IMG/VR virus record: IMGVR_UViG_3300047160_010630
Location: 1-64,000 of that record
Reading direction: 5' to 3' (one strand)
From: a virus
Length of the DNA stretch: 64,000 bases
The notes below the pieces were generated by a model, which was not told where the DNA came from, ran no database searches, and was given only the letters and a program-made list of their open reading frames with translations. Below, piece after piece: positions 25,858 through 35,848 of this stretch (its first letter is position 1; every line of letters begins with the position of its first letter). Both the position numbers and the translations under genes were made by a program.

Positions 25858-26238
25858 GTGGGGTCGCTCGCCAATCCGCTGTCGATTGCACTGGCTGTCG
25901 GGTCCCAGTTCGTCCAGAACTACCAGATCAAGAACCCTGACGGTTCGCTGGCGAACATCGGCAGCAGCACGTTCGAATTCGTGGTCCGGACCGATCCCAG
26001 TCAGCCGTCCACGGTGACTCCGGTATTCTCCGTTACCACGGTGGCGTCGCCGTCCGGTAGTATTAGTATCAATACTGTCACCTCCACGGTGACGGTGACA
26101 GTGTTCCCGGTGGCGACCGCCCTGTTGTCCCAGGCTGTGGGTACGTACTACTACACCCTCTGGGAGAACCAGGGGACCACGTCGGCAATGGCGGTGTTCT
26201 CCGGAACGGCTTTCGCCCAGTTCGTCGCACAACCGTAG
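25858..26238 (+). CDS. Ig-like/BppU-like virion protein (putative)
   Basis: Beta-rich; GTYYYTL; upstream of portal. Confidence 0.65.
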   Translation: MGSLANPLSIALAVGSQFVQNYQIKNPDGSLANIGSSTFEFVVRTDPSQPSTVTPVFSVTTVASPSGSISINTVTSTVTVTVFPVATALLSQAVGTYYYTLWENQGTTSAMAVFSGTAFAQFVAQP

Positions 26239-26257
26239 GCACAGATTTCCTAGGGGG

Positions 26258-29200
26258 GTGGCCGTGGCCTCGCGCGGTTCCATTATCAGCAGCTTCAAGG
26301 CCATCCCGTCCGGTTCGCGGACCAACTCCATGGGCCAGGGAATGGGCGCCTCCCCGTACTTCGGCGGCTACTCGCCCATGGTCGGCCAGCTGGACACGGG
26401 CCAGGCCGAGGGCACCTGGACCAACGCCTACCGGATGACGCTGCCGCGCCCGGCCGACGACTTCACCAACGGCGCCTTCGGCCCGTTCAGCCCGATCCTG
26501 CCGGTGCCGGTCGACGCGCCGATGGAGGGGTCGGACTTCGCCGACCTGCGCCGGTACGAGTACCAGACCGGCTGGAACCTTCCCACCGGCCTGCCGGGCA
26601 GTGAGGGCCTCAAGCTGGCCTCGTTCGCCACGCTGAAGACGCTGAGCCGCCTGTATTCCGTGGCCCGTGCCTGCATCGAGCTGCGCAAGAAGGAGATCAT
26701 CGGCCTGGAGTGGGACATCATGCCCACCCCGGAGGCCGTCAAGTCGATGCGTGGTTCGCACAAGGCCATCCGTGATTTCGCCAGCCGACGTGCGGCGGCC
26801 ATGAAGTTCTTCCGGAATCCAGATCCGGACTACTTCACGTGGAACACGTGGCTGGACGCCGTCCTGGAGGAGATCTTCGTCACGGACGCGCTCTCCGTCG
26901 TCATCCGGCGCAAGTGGGACAAGAAGAACAAGAGCGGCCTGCTGGGCAGCAATCTGGACTGCCTGGAGCTGGTGGACGGGGCGACCATCCGGCCGCTGCG
27001 CGACCTGCACGGTGCCGCGCCCAGGCCTCCGGCCCCGGCCTACCAGCAGTACCTGTTCGGTGTCCCCCGATCCGACATCTGGAAGATCATCAACGACCAG
27101 GACGTGGAAGAGGGCGGCCTGGCCGGATCCGAGTACAACAACTACCGGGTCAACCAGCTCCTCTACATGCCGACCGTGTCCATGCGTGACACCCCGTACG
27201 GCATGCCGCCGGTCGAACGGGCGCTGATCCCGGTCATGACCGGCCTCCAGCGGCAGAAGTTCCAGAACGACTTCTTCGGCGAGGGCACTGTCCCGGCGGT
27301 CTACATCTCGCCCGGCGGCGCCAACAACAGTATGACGCCGAACCAGATCCGGGAACTCCAGGACGCGCTGAACGCCATTGCCGGTGACCCGGCCTGGAAG
27401 CACAAGATCATCGTCCTCCCGGCCGACTCCAAGGTGCAGCCGCAGCGCCCGCACCCGATCGCCGACCAGTTCGACGAGATCATCATGAGCCAGGTCACCA
27501 TGGCGTTCGACGTCATGCCCACGGAGATCGGAATTGTTCCGAAGGTCACGACGGCGGTCTCCCCGGGCGCGGCACGGACTCTTTCCAAGGAGTCCCAGTC
27601 CGTCCACGACCGGAAGTCGACCAAGGCGTTCCTGAAATTCCTCTCGGACATCCCGAACTATATCCTCCAGATCCTGTGCGGTCAGGACGACATGAGGTTC
27701 GTGTTCGAAGGGATGGAGTCGACCGAGGCCGAGGAGACCAAGACCAAGACCCTGGTCACCCAGGTCAGCGCCGGAATCAAGTCCATCGACGAGGCGCGCG
27801 AGGCGCTCAACCTCCAGCCCTGGGGGCTGCACGAGACCGCCGAGCCCGGCTGGGCCACGCCCGGCGCCGGGTTCATCCCGCTCACCGAGGCCACCATGGC
27901 CCGGCAGACCGGCTACGCGGAAGGGCCTGTCTTCCAGGCTCCGGCGAAGCAGCCGACCCAGCAGCCCGCCACGGCGGCCAGCGGTCAGAGCGCCTCCGTG
28001 CCGTCCATCAAGCCGTCCCCGGCCTCGGTGGCGGCCAAGCCGTCGGCGCCCAAGCCGTCGGCCCCGGCACGGCCCACGGCGCCGCGCAACAAGCCCCCAG
28101 CAGCGCCCACGGGCAGGACAGTGGCCTCGGGGTCGAAGAAGCCGCCGTCGGCGGCCTCCACGACCCGCAAGAAGCCGGGGCAGAGCCAGTCCATCGCCTC
28201 CAACGGGTCGAACGTCAGCGCGGTCGGCCGCAAGCCGTCCACGAAGGTCGCCCTGGTCCTGGACAGCGCGGCGTCGCACGCGCGGCTCCAGGAGCTGGAG
28301 GCCCTGACCCGCATGGCGGCCAGGAAGGGCCGCTCGCTGCGGGACTGGGAGCCGCGCCACCTGGACGCGGAAACAATGGTGGAGATCGGGTTCTTCGAGT
28401 CCTCCGGGATTCCGCTGGCCGACTCCGTCATGCTGGTCAAGCAGCGCCGCACGGTCTCCCTGGGCGGCCAGGTGCGCTGGATCGAAGGGCCGGTCGAGCA
28501 GCGGTACGTCCCGGCCGGTGGCGGCGGTCCCTTCCAAACCCCGCACGACGTCAACGACATCCAGTTCCTTCCCGAGGACACCGGGAGCAGCCCGCGCTCG
28601 CGCCTGCACCTGGCCCCCGAGCCGGTCGGCAACCAGTCGACCCGTGGCCCCCGTGGGACCAATCCCGGAGCGTCGCGGCCGTTTCCCCGGATCCCGGACA
28701 CCGGCCAGTGGCCGGAAGGCGGGATCGGGACCGGCCAGCCGCCGGTGGCCGGTGTCGGCAACCGCGTCAAGAAGGCCGACACGGCGGATGAGGTCTACCA
28801 GCAGCTGCTCAAGAACTTCCCGCCGGAAGCCATTGAGTGGGTGCGCGAAGCCGACTGGATCGGACCTGTTCGCGTGCCCCTGGACGACATCGATTTCGAC
28901 GACAAGGAAAGCTGGGCGACAGCGCACCAGATGGACCACGTCAAGGAGTTCGAGAAGAAGATCGAGGCCGGGAACCCGCCGGACCCGGGTATCGGCATCA
29001 CCCGGCCGGGCCACCGCCGGATCCGGCTCGTGGACGGGCACCACCGGACCACGGCCTACCAGCAGCTGGGAATGCCCGCGCTCCTGTACGTCGGGGCCGT
29101 CAAGGACGACGCCGACATGCGCTGGTCCGAGACCCACTCGTACCAGGTCCACCAGGGCGACGACCCGTCCAACAAGATGTTCGGCGGCCCGGCGGGAATG

Positions 29201-29362
29201 GGCCCCACCGTCCCCAAGGCGGCCGTCCTCTACCGCCCCAGCGACGATCCCCACATCCGCTGCGGCACGTGCAGCATGTACATCGACCCCGAACGGTGCT
29301 CACTGGTCGTCGGTAGGATCAAGCCCGACGACGTGTGCAACGAATGGGAGTCCCGTGAGTGA
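26258..29362 (+). CDS. portal protein with C-terminal ParB-like and HiPIP-like extensions
   Basis: Portal motifs (LVDGATIRP, PYGMPPVE, FFGEGTVP, SIDEAREAL); LVDGHHR; CGTC..C..CNEW. Confidence 0.88.
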   Translation: MAVASRGSIISSFKAIPSGSRTNSMGQGMGASPYFGGYSPMVGQLDTGQAEGTWTNAYRMTLPRPADDFTNGAFGPFSPILPVPVDAPMEGSDFADLRRYEYQTGWNLPTGLPGSEGLKLASFATLKTLSRLYSVARACIELRKKEIIGLEWDIMPTPEAVKSMRGSHKAIRDFASRRAAAMKFFRNPDPDYFTWNTWLDAVLEEIFVTDALSVVIRRKWDKKNKSGLLGSNLDCLELVDGATIRPLRDLHGAAPRPPAPAYQQYLFGVPRSDIWKIINDQDVEEGGLAGSEYNNYRVNQLLYMPTVSMRDTPYGMPPVERALIPVMTGLQRQKFQNDFFGEGTVPAVYISPGGANNSMTPNQIRELQDALNAIAGDPAWKHKIIVLPADSKVQPQRPHPIADQFDEIIMSQVTMAFDVMPTEIGIVPKVTTAVSPGAARTLSKESQSVHDRKSTKAFLKFLSDIPNYILQILCGQDDMRFVFEGMESTEAEETKTKTLVTQVSAGIKSIDEAREALNLQPWGLHETAEPGWATPGAGFIPLTEATMARQTGYAEGPVFQAPAKQPTQQPATAASGQSASVPSIKPSPASVAAKPSAPKPSAPARPTAPRNKPPAAPTGRTVASGSKKPPSAASTTRKKPGQSQSIASNGSNVSAVGRKPSTKVALVLDSAASHARLQELEALTRMAARKGRSLRDWEPRHLDAETMVEIGFFESSGIPLADSVMLVKQRRTVSLGGQVRWIEGPVEQRYVPAGGGGPFQTPHDVNDIQFLPEDTGSSPRSRLHLAPEPVGNQSTRGPRGTNPGASRPFPRIPDTGQWPEGGIGTGQPPVAGVGNRVKKADTADEVYQQLLKNFPPEAIEWVREADWIGPVRVPLDDIDFDDKESWATAHQMDHVKEFEKKIEAGNPPDPGIGITRPGHRRIRLVDGHHRTTAYQQLGMPALLYVGAVKDDADMRWSETHSYQVHQGDDPSNKMFGGPAGMGPTVPKAAVLYRPSDDPHIRCGTCSMYIDPERCSLVVGRIKPDDVCNEWESRE

Positions 29363-29612
29363 CAAGGACAAGCCCAAGAAAAAGGGCAAGGGCAAGAAGT
29401 CCGAGATCGGCAAGGCCCTCACCGATGTCGCCGATGCGCTGAACACGCTGTACAGCCTCGGGGAGCAGGTGGACATCAAGTTCGGCATCTTCATCACCGA
29501 CTACGCGTACCTGGTGTACGGCAACGACGACAAGTGGTCGGTGAAGATGAAGGTGGGCGAAGCTCCGGAGTGGTGGGACGGCACCCCTCCGGCCATTCCC
29601 GACGACGAGTGA
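29355..29612 (+). CDS. hypothetical protein
   Basis: GTG at 29355; codon bias. Confidence 0.7.
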   Translation: MSDKDKPKKKGKGKKSEIGKALTDVADALNTLYSLGEQVDIKFGIFITDYAYLVYGNDDKWSVKMKVGEAPEWWDGTPPAIPDDE

Positions 29613-29621
29613 GGATCATCT

Positions 29622-29810
29622 GTGAATACCTATTCCGTCGTGTACTTCTTGCCGGGCTCATCGTCCCAGGCCGGGCCTGCGGTCACCGTCCAGGCTTATG
29701 ACTTCGTCATCGAGGACGGCTTCATCACGTTCATCACCAACCAGAACCACGCACTGTTCGCCGTCCCTGTCGCCCTCAATCCCGTGGTGACCCAGACGGC
29801 TGCTGGCTGA
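29622..29810 (+). CDS. hypothetical protein
   Basis: RBS GAGGA. Confidence 0.7.
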   Translation: MNTYSVVYFLPGSSSQAGPAVTVQAYDFVIEDGFITFITNQNHALFAVPVALNPVVTQTAAG

Positions 29811-29821
29811 CAGGAGCTGTT

Positions 29822-32761
29822 ATGGCTGCGACACTCACGCACGAGGGCAACCTCCTCTACTTCTCGGTCCCTTTCGAGAAGCAGGAGACGGCCGACGGAA
29901 ACGTCATTGTCTACGGTAAGTGCACGGACTACACGCTGGACTCCGACCTCCAGCGAATCGACGTGGAGTGGTCGGAGAAGGCCCTCCAGGAGTGGATGGA
30001 CAGCGGACCGAACATCCGCGTCCAGCACCAGTCCCAGCGGGATCCGGCCGGTGTCGGAATCAGCATCGACTACACGCCGGACGGCCACTATCTGAAGGCC
30101 CTGATCGTGGAGCCGGTGGCCAAGGATCTGGTCAAGTGCGGTGCCCTGCGAGCGTTCTCGGTGGGCATCTCGCGGCCAGTCATCGACCGGGACCCGGCCG
30201 GTGTCGCCAAGAACGGCATTATCCGTGGCAACGACCAGACGGAGATCGCCGAGGTCTCCATTGTCGACCGGCCCGCCAATCCTTCGTGCGGTTTCAAGAT
30301 GACCAAGAAGTCCCAGGACGGATTCTCCGTGAAGTCGTTCGGGGACGTCCAGGACTTGATCGCCAAGGGGAGTACGGGTACTATTGCCGACGAGGGGACA
30401 ACTGTCTCCAAGTCGGCCGACACCGTTGCCGTGGACCTCCCCCGCGACGTCTCGGTCTCCTTCTCGCCGACCGACCTGGCCAAGCTCCTGGAGCACCGCA
30501 AGGTCGCCGAAGAGCGTGTCATCGCCGGTGAGATCGCCGAGAAGCGCAGCATGGACCCCGACGTGGGCGGCGGCGTGGACCGTGACAAGATCCCGGGCAA
30601 GGACTTCGCCGGTCGCAACCGCAGCTTCCCGATCGTCACCCCCGGCGACGTCAGCGATGCCGCCTCCTCGATCGGCCGCGCCGGTTCGGGCAACTTCTCC
30701 GGCGACCAGCTGAAGCGGAACATCATCCGCATCGCCCGGCGTAAGGGCCCGTCGTTCGTTTCCGAACTTCCTGAGGCATGGAAGGAAGAGATGAGCGGCA
30801 AGAAGTCGGCCGAGAAGGCGAAGAAGGGCGGCAAGAAGCCCGCCTTCGAAGGCGCACACGAGGCGTTCAGCTCCGAGCACCAGAACGGGGAGCACGACAC
30901 CGAGGGCAAGCCCGTCGGCAAGAAGAAGCGCATGGCCAAGAAGACCCACGTCCCCGGCCACGAGGCCGAGGCCGTGCCGGACGTGACCAAGAAGCCGCTG
31001 CCGACGCCCATGCCGACGCCCGACGACAAGATGCCGAAGAAGAAGGGCAAGAAGGTCGTCAAGGGGAAGGTCAAGCTCCCCAAGAAGAAGACCGGCAAGC
31101 TCGTCCCGATCGCCGCCATGAAGGGCAAGACCAAGGTCCAGTGCCCCGGCTGCGGTGCGGTCGTCCACGACAAGCACAACTTCTGCCCGGAGTGCGGCAA
31201 GAAGCTCCCGGCCGACGCCCGGGTGATCGACAAGAACCACGACTACCGGTGCCTGGGCTGCGACTACGAACTCGACAAGGGCGAGCAGTTCTGCCCCGGA
31301 TGCGGAAAGAAGAATCCCGGATACCTCCCGGAGGCGGATACCAAGGTGAAGACTCAGAAGGGCAAGAAGGGCCGCAGCCCGGGTGCCGGTGTCACCGGGC
31401 GCGGCGCGGCCGACATCAAGGGCCTTCCCGCCCACCGGGAGCCGGACGGCGAGGCCGTGGAGGCGTTCGAGCACGACGCGTCCCTGGAGGACGGCGACGA
31501 GTCGCGCAAGGCCGTCGACATCGCGCTGCATCTGAAGTCGCTGGGCGTCCCGGAGAACCTGGGAGCGCTGCACGACCTCACCTGCGCGGCCTACCACCCG
31601 GCGTCGGCGGACAAGGCCCACCCGGGCGCCAGCATCGCCGGGATCGACACCGCGTGGTGGCAGCAGAAGGCACTCGACATGGCGGCGTCGGCCCCCATGG
31701 ACGAGGCGCGCGAGGCCGCTCAGCTGTGGCAGACCGCCATCGCGCTGAAGAATGCGGACCCGGTGGAGATCGCGGAGATCCGTGGCGACATGCACAAGTC
31801 GTTCCAGGACGCCAACCCGGGCCCGGGAAGCGCTCCGCAGCCGGGAATGCTGTGTGCCGGGGACTTCAAGCGCCCCTATCTCACCGAGGGCCGCGCCAAC
31901 CCGGGCACCGGGTACGGTGGTCCGCACACGTTCAACCGGTTCGGCCACGACATCGAGGCGTCCGATTTCGAGCGGGGCCACCTCGATGCCGGACACGCTG
32001 CCGATTCGCCTGCGAACAAGGGCGCCGCGCCGATCATCGAACCCGCCCCGCTGCCGCCGGGCATGAGCCGCACCTTCTACCGCAACGCGTCGCGGGATGC
32101 CGCGCGTTCGGCCATGGGCGCCATGCACGACCACATCGCCCAGACCTTCCCGGACCTGTGCCCGATGGAAGGCCCCGGAAAGGGCGGCGAGCCTGCCGAG
32201 GGCGCGCGACCGGTCCCGGTTCCCGGCAGCGCCAACAAGAGCAAGAAGGGCGGGAAGACCGTGGCGAAGACCAAGAAGGAGCCCGTGGCGGAGAAGTCCG
32301 CCAAGAGCGCCAAGGACACCAAGAAGCCGGTCGTCAAGGACGCGACGAGCAAGAAGACCGTCGTGACCAAGAGCGCCGCCGTCGACTCCAAGCTGGTCAA
32401 GGCCGCCGTGGCTGAGGCCACCGGGCCGCTGGCCGACAAGGTGAAGTCGGTCGTCAAGCAGCTCAAGGACGCCCAGCGGCGCAACAAGAAGCTTCAGGCC
32501 CGGTTCGACAAGCTCGGATCGCTGCCTGACCCGCGCGAGGCCCCGTTCAAGGGCATCGCGCAGCAGACCCCATCGTCGCTCAGCAAGTCGGCGAAGGCGC
32601 TTCCGGCCGGAGCGCGCAGTGTCGCCGAGTACGCCGAACAGGTGAAGCTGAACGAGATCCGCGCCATGCAGGAGCAGGCGCGCAGTCACGACTCAGCGGA
32701 GCGGGAAGCTGCCTGGAACGTGCTCATGAAGATGGGTGGATTGCCCACGATGAACAAGTAG
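29822..32761 (+). CDS. capsid maturation protease/scaffold fusion with zinc ribbons
   Basis: HK97-type protease motifs (NIRVQH, AFSVG, EVSIVDRPANP); four CxxC; coiled-coil C-terminus. Confidence 0.88.
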   Translation: MAATLTHEGNLLYFSVPFEKQETADGNVIVYGKCTDYTLDSDLQRIDVEWSEKALQEWMDSGPNIRVQHQSQRDPAGVGISIDYTPDGHYLKALIVEPVAKDLVKCGALRAFSVGISRPVIDRDPAGVAKNGIIRGNDQTEIAEVSIVDRPANPSCGFKMTKKSQDGFSVKSFGDVQDLIAKGSTGTIADEGTTVSKSADTVAVDLPRDVSVSFSPTDLAKLLEHRKVAEERVIAGEIAEKRSMDPDVGGGVDRDKIPGKDFAGRNRSFPIVTPGDVSDAASSIGRAGSGNFSGDQLKRNIIRIARRKGPSFVSELPEAWKEEMSGKKSAEKAKKGGKKPAFEGAHEAFSSEHQNGEHDTEGKPVGKKKRMAKKTHVPGHEAEAVPDVTKKPLPTPMPTPDDKMPKKKGKKVVKGKVKLPKKKTGKLVPIAAMKGKTKVQCPGCGAVVHDKHNFCPECGKKLPADARVIDKNHDYRCLGCDYELDKGEQFCPGCGKKNPGYLPEADTKVKTQKGKKGRSPGAGVTGRGAADIKGLPAHREPDGEAVEAFEHDASLEDGDESRKAVDIALHLKSLGVPENLGALHDLTCAAYHPASADKAHPGASIAGIDTAWWQQKALDMAASAPMDEAREAAQLWQTAIALKNADPVEIAEIRGDMHKSFQDANPGPGSAPQPGMLCAGDFKRPYLTEGRANPGTGYGGPHTFNRFGHDIEASDFERGHLDAGHAADSPANKGAAPIIEPAPLPPGMSRTFYRNASRDAARSAMGAMHDHIAQTFPDLCPMEGPGKGGEPAEGARPVPVPGSANKSKKGGKTVAKTKKEPVAEKSAKSAKDTKKPVVKDATSKKTVVTKSAAVDSKLVKAAVAEATGPLADKVKSVVKQLKDAQRRNKKLQARFDKLGSLPDPREAPFKGIAQQTPSSLSKSAKALPAGARSVAEYAEQVKLNEIRAMQEQARSHDSAEREAAWNVLMKMGGLPTMNK

Positions 32762-32785
32762 TTCCAACCGAGAAAGGAGTGACTC

Positions 32786-33478
32786 ATGGCTCAGATTGAG
32801 GACACTCTTAACCCGACCGTGGGGAGTGCCACCCGCGAGGCCGCGTCCGAGGCTGGCCGGTATGATCGCTCCGGCGACATGCTCAAGGCCAAGATGACCA
32901 ACCTGGTCAAGGGCGCCGGTTTTGTGGGCAACGGCAACCAGGGTCTGACCGACCCGGTCCAGATCACCACCAAGGCCACGCAGGCCACCATGGACCTGCG
33001 GGCCGAGACCTACCGAGGCTTTCGCAACAAGGCCGACGTGGTCAAGGGTCTGAACCCGACCTTCCTGAACCAGTTCGGCAACCTGAAGACCGCGCTGACC
33101 GCTCCGTCGATGAGCGAGACTCTTCAGCAGATCGTGACGGCGGTCGGAAGCCCGGACCTGACCCGTAGCTTCACTGCGGGCAACCTCGGTGTGGGCACGG
33201 TGAGCGGCCTCGTGCCGTTCGACCTGCTGGCGCCGTCGCGCCTGATCTACCCGATGTACACCGTGCTGCGCAACAAGCTCCCCCGCCCGGCGGGTCAGGG
33301 TACGTCGCGCATCGCGAAGGTCTTCACCGGTATCTCCGGCTCGCAGACCGGCGGTCAGGGCGTCATCGACGTGTCGATCCCCGAGCTGGTGCAGTCCGGC
33401 GGAACTATGGCGTCCACCCAGTGGCCGCTGAACCTGCCGGGAACCGGTTCGCAGACCGAGGTTACGCTCAACGTCCCT
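32786..33478 (+). CDS. major capsid protein, exon 1
   Basis: Follows scaffold; LRNKLPR motif; frame continues in exon 2. Confidence 0.85.
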
Positions 33479-34672
33479 CACGAAAAGTAGGGGCCTCACA
33501 CGGTGACGTGCGAGTGAATAACCGCGCTATATCGGCGGAGGTCCTCCACCCGGAGCCGAATCGGGACATGGATAACGCCGAGGCAACCTTGAGGCTGAGA
33601 TCAATCAGCCAAAGAGAGAGTCCGTAACGACTACACGCGCGGGATCTGGTACGATAGGTACATGGTAAGAATCAAGGGTCAACAACCTCTCACGGGCGAC
33701 GAGAAGTGCAGCATCGTTCAGCAGTACGTCGCTGGCGCTACACTCAGGGGTCTGGCCGGTGAGTATCGCAGGTCGATCAACACGATACGATCGGTGATCG
33801 CATCGTCCGGTGTTCCGATCAAAGCGAGAGGATATGGGGACCCTCGGGTTCAGGAAGCTGCACTGGCCGCTAGAGGTCATGAATCATTGACTGATAGCGA
33901 CAAGCAGGACATTATTCGTCGATACGCAGACGGCGAACTGCTTACCGAACTTTGCAAGGAGTACGGTCGAGCGAAATCAACTCTGAAGGATATCCTCACC
34001 GAGTCAGGTATTACACTGAGGTCGCGAGGGTACCAGAAGGGCACCGTCTGGCACGATGAATGGCGGAAGTCTCACTGGGAGAGCACTCATACTGACGAGT
34101 TTCGTCAAAAGTCACGTGAGAATCTTCTTGAACGTCTGCCGTCCATGCGAGGCCCGGCTGTAAACACACCGATCGAACGTCGTTTGCACGACGCGCTTAA
34201 GAAGGTCGGCATTGGATTCAGCACGCAGCAACCGTTCCTGGGTCGCTATCTTGTTGATATATTGATTCATCAACAACCTATCATCATTGAAGCAGACGGA
34301 GCCCAACATTACCTCCCTGACGCCAAGGAGAGGGATGCGGCACGGGATGCCGCTCTAACGCAGGCTGGGTATCGGGTGTTTCGGTTTACCGGAAGCGAGA
34401 TTAACAAAGACTCGATGGCATGCATTCATCATGTCGTTGATGAGTGTAATCTTGTCCCAGATGAAGAGCCTGTGTTTGACATCCGAACGTCACTTCCTAG
34501 CCCGATGAAGGGGCGTAAGCATACGCCCGAAACTCGTGCCAAGATGAGTGAAGCTGCAAAGCGCCGTTGGCAATCCAGATCATGACATAGTCTGTTCTGC
34601 ACGCAATGGTAAAGGTGCAGAGATCGGCAGAAATGACCGGTCCCACTGTATTACAGTGAGTAACAATAAAAG
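33479..34672 (+). mobile_element. group I intron in the major capsid gene
   Basis: 5' exon ends in U, intron ends in G; P7 pair CGTAACGACTA / GACATAGTCTG; splicing gives NVP|YRFFGLTES. Confidence 0.88.
33662..34585 (+). CDS. intron-encoded endonuclease (DUF559/Vsr-like with HTH and NUMOD3)
   Basis: YLVD, IEADGAQH, DAARDAAL..GYRVFRF; KGRKHTPETRAKMS. Confidence 0.88.
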   Translation: MVRIKGQQPLTGDEKCSIVQQYVAGATLRGLAGEYRRSINTIRSVIASSGVPIKARGYGDPRVQEAALAARGHESLTDSDKQDIIRRYADGELLTELCKEYGRAKSTLKDILTESGITLRSRGYQKGTVWHDEWRKSHWESTHTDEFRQKSRENLLERLPSMRGPAVNTPIERRLHDALKKVGIGFSTQQPFLGRYLVDILIHQQPIIIEADGAQHYLPDAKERDAARDAALTQAGYRVFRFTGSEINKDSMACIHHVVDECNLVPDEEPVFDIRTSLPSPMKGRKHTPETRAKMSEAAKRRWQSRS

Positions 34673-35806
34673 TACCGCTTTTTCGGCCTTACGGAATCGC
34701 TTTCTTGGCTCGCACAGTTCGCGGGCCAAGGATTCGAGGACATTTCTGCCCTCGCCAACCTCATTCTCCTCCAGGAAATGATGCTGGGCGAGGAATACAT
34801 GATGCTCGCGGGCTCCAGCACCACGCTGGCCGCCCCGACCGTCATCGGCCTCACCGCCCGCACCGCCGGATCCGGTGAGACCACCGTCGGTGTCAACGCG
34901 AACTTCACCGTTCTCGTGACCGGCACCAACTACTACGGCGAGACCGTGGCGGGTGCGTCCACTACGATCGCCACCACCGCCGGTCAGGTGGTCGATGTCA
35001 CCATCGGCCCCCAGCCCGGTATCCAGCAGTACAACATCTACGTCTCGACCAACGCGGCCCCGACGCGGGCCAACGCGTGGCTGGTGAAGTCGGGCGTGGG
35101 TGGTGTCCGGTACACCGTTCAGGGCACCCTGCCGACCACGGGCACCAACCCGCCGGTCGGTGACAGCGGTACGGGCACCAACACCCGCATGGAAGGCATC
35201 ATCCCGACGCTGACCGGCAAGTCGGCGGCCTCGGGCATCTACCCGGCCAACTGGCAGGGTGGCTACGTCAACCAGTCGGTGGGCACCCACCTGTCCTACA
35301 ACGCCATCTACACCGCCCTCCAGGGCCTGTGGAACGGCGCGCAGGGCGCGGGCAACAACCCGGGCGCGTTCCGTGCGGACCCGGCGGAGATCATCGGTGA
35401 GGGTGGCGACATCATGCGCCTCTCGAACGACGTGATCTCGCAGGGTTCGGCCACCAACTACCGTCTGTTCCTGGAGCAGCCGGACGTGGGCGGCGTCAAG
35501 GTCGGCGCGGCGGTGTCGGAGTTCCAGAACCCGATCACCCGGTCGATCCTGAAGATGGTCGTGCACCCCTGGCTGACCCAGGGTACGGCCATGCTGATGA
35601 CCTACCAGCTCCCGCAGACGTGGACGAACGTTGCCAACGCGTGGGAAATGACGGTCGTTCAGGACTATGTCAGTATCGCGTGGCCCGTCATTGACGCGAC
35701 CTTCCGGTACAGCATCTTCCTGTACGGCGCGCTGGTCGGTCACGCCCCGCAGTATTCTGGCATCTTGCAGGGACTCCAGGTTACGGATGTAACACCCTTT
35801 TCGTAG
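34673..35806 (+). CDS. major capsid protein, exon 2 (spliced product 608 aa)
   Basis: In frame with the 34778 ORF; VHPWLTQGT motif. Confidence 0.85.
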   Translation, partial: YRFFGLTESLSWLAQFAGQGFEDISALANLILLQEMMLGEEYMMLAGSSTTLAAPTVIGLTARTAGSGETTVGVNANFTVLVTGTNYYGETVAGASTTIATTAGQVVDVTIGPQPGIQQYNIYVSTNAAPTRANAWLVKSGVGGVRYTVQGTLPTTGTNPPVGDSGTGTNTRMEGIIPTLTGKSAASGIYPANWQGGYVNQSVGTHLSYNAIYTALQGLWNGAQGAGNNPGAFRADPAEIIGEGGDIMRLSNDVISQGSATNYRLFLEQPDVGGVKVGAAVSEFQNPITRSILKMVVHPWLTQGTAMLMTYQLPQTWTNVANAWEMTVVQDYVSIAWPVIDATFRYSIFLYGALVGHAPQYSGILQGLQVTDVTPFS

Positions 35807-35848
35807 ACGAACTGTACACCCTAGAGAAACTGTACTAGACTCTGGGGT

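Noticed and set aside
32786-35806. Two separate capsid genes (32786-33490 and 34778-35806)
   Set aside because: Group I intron motifs and in-frame junction support one spliced gene
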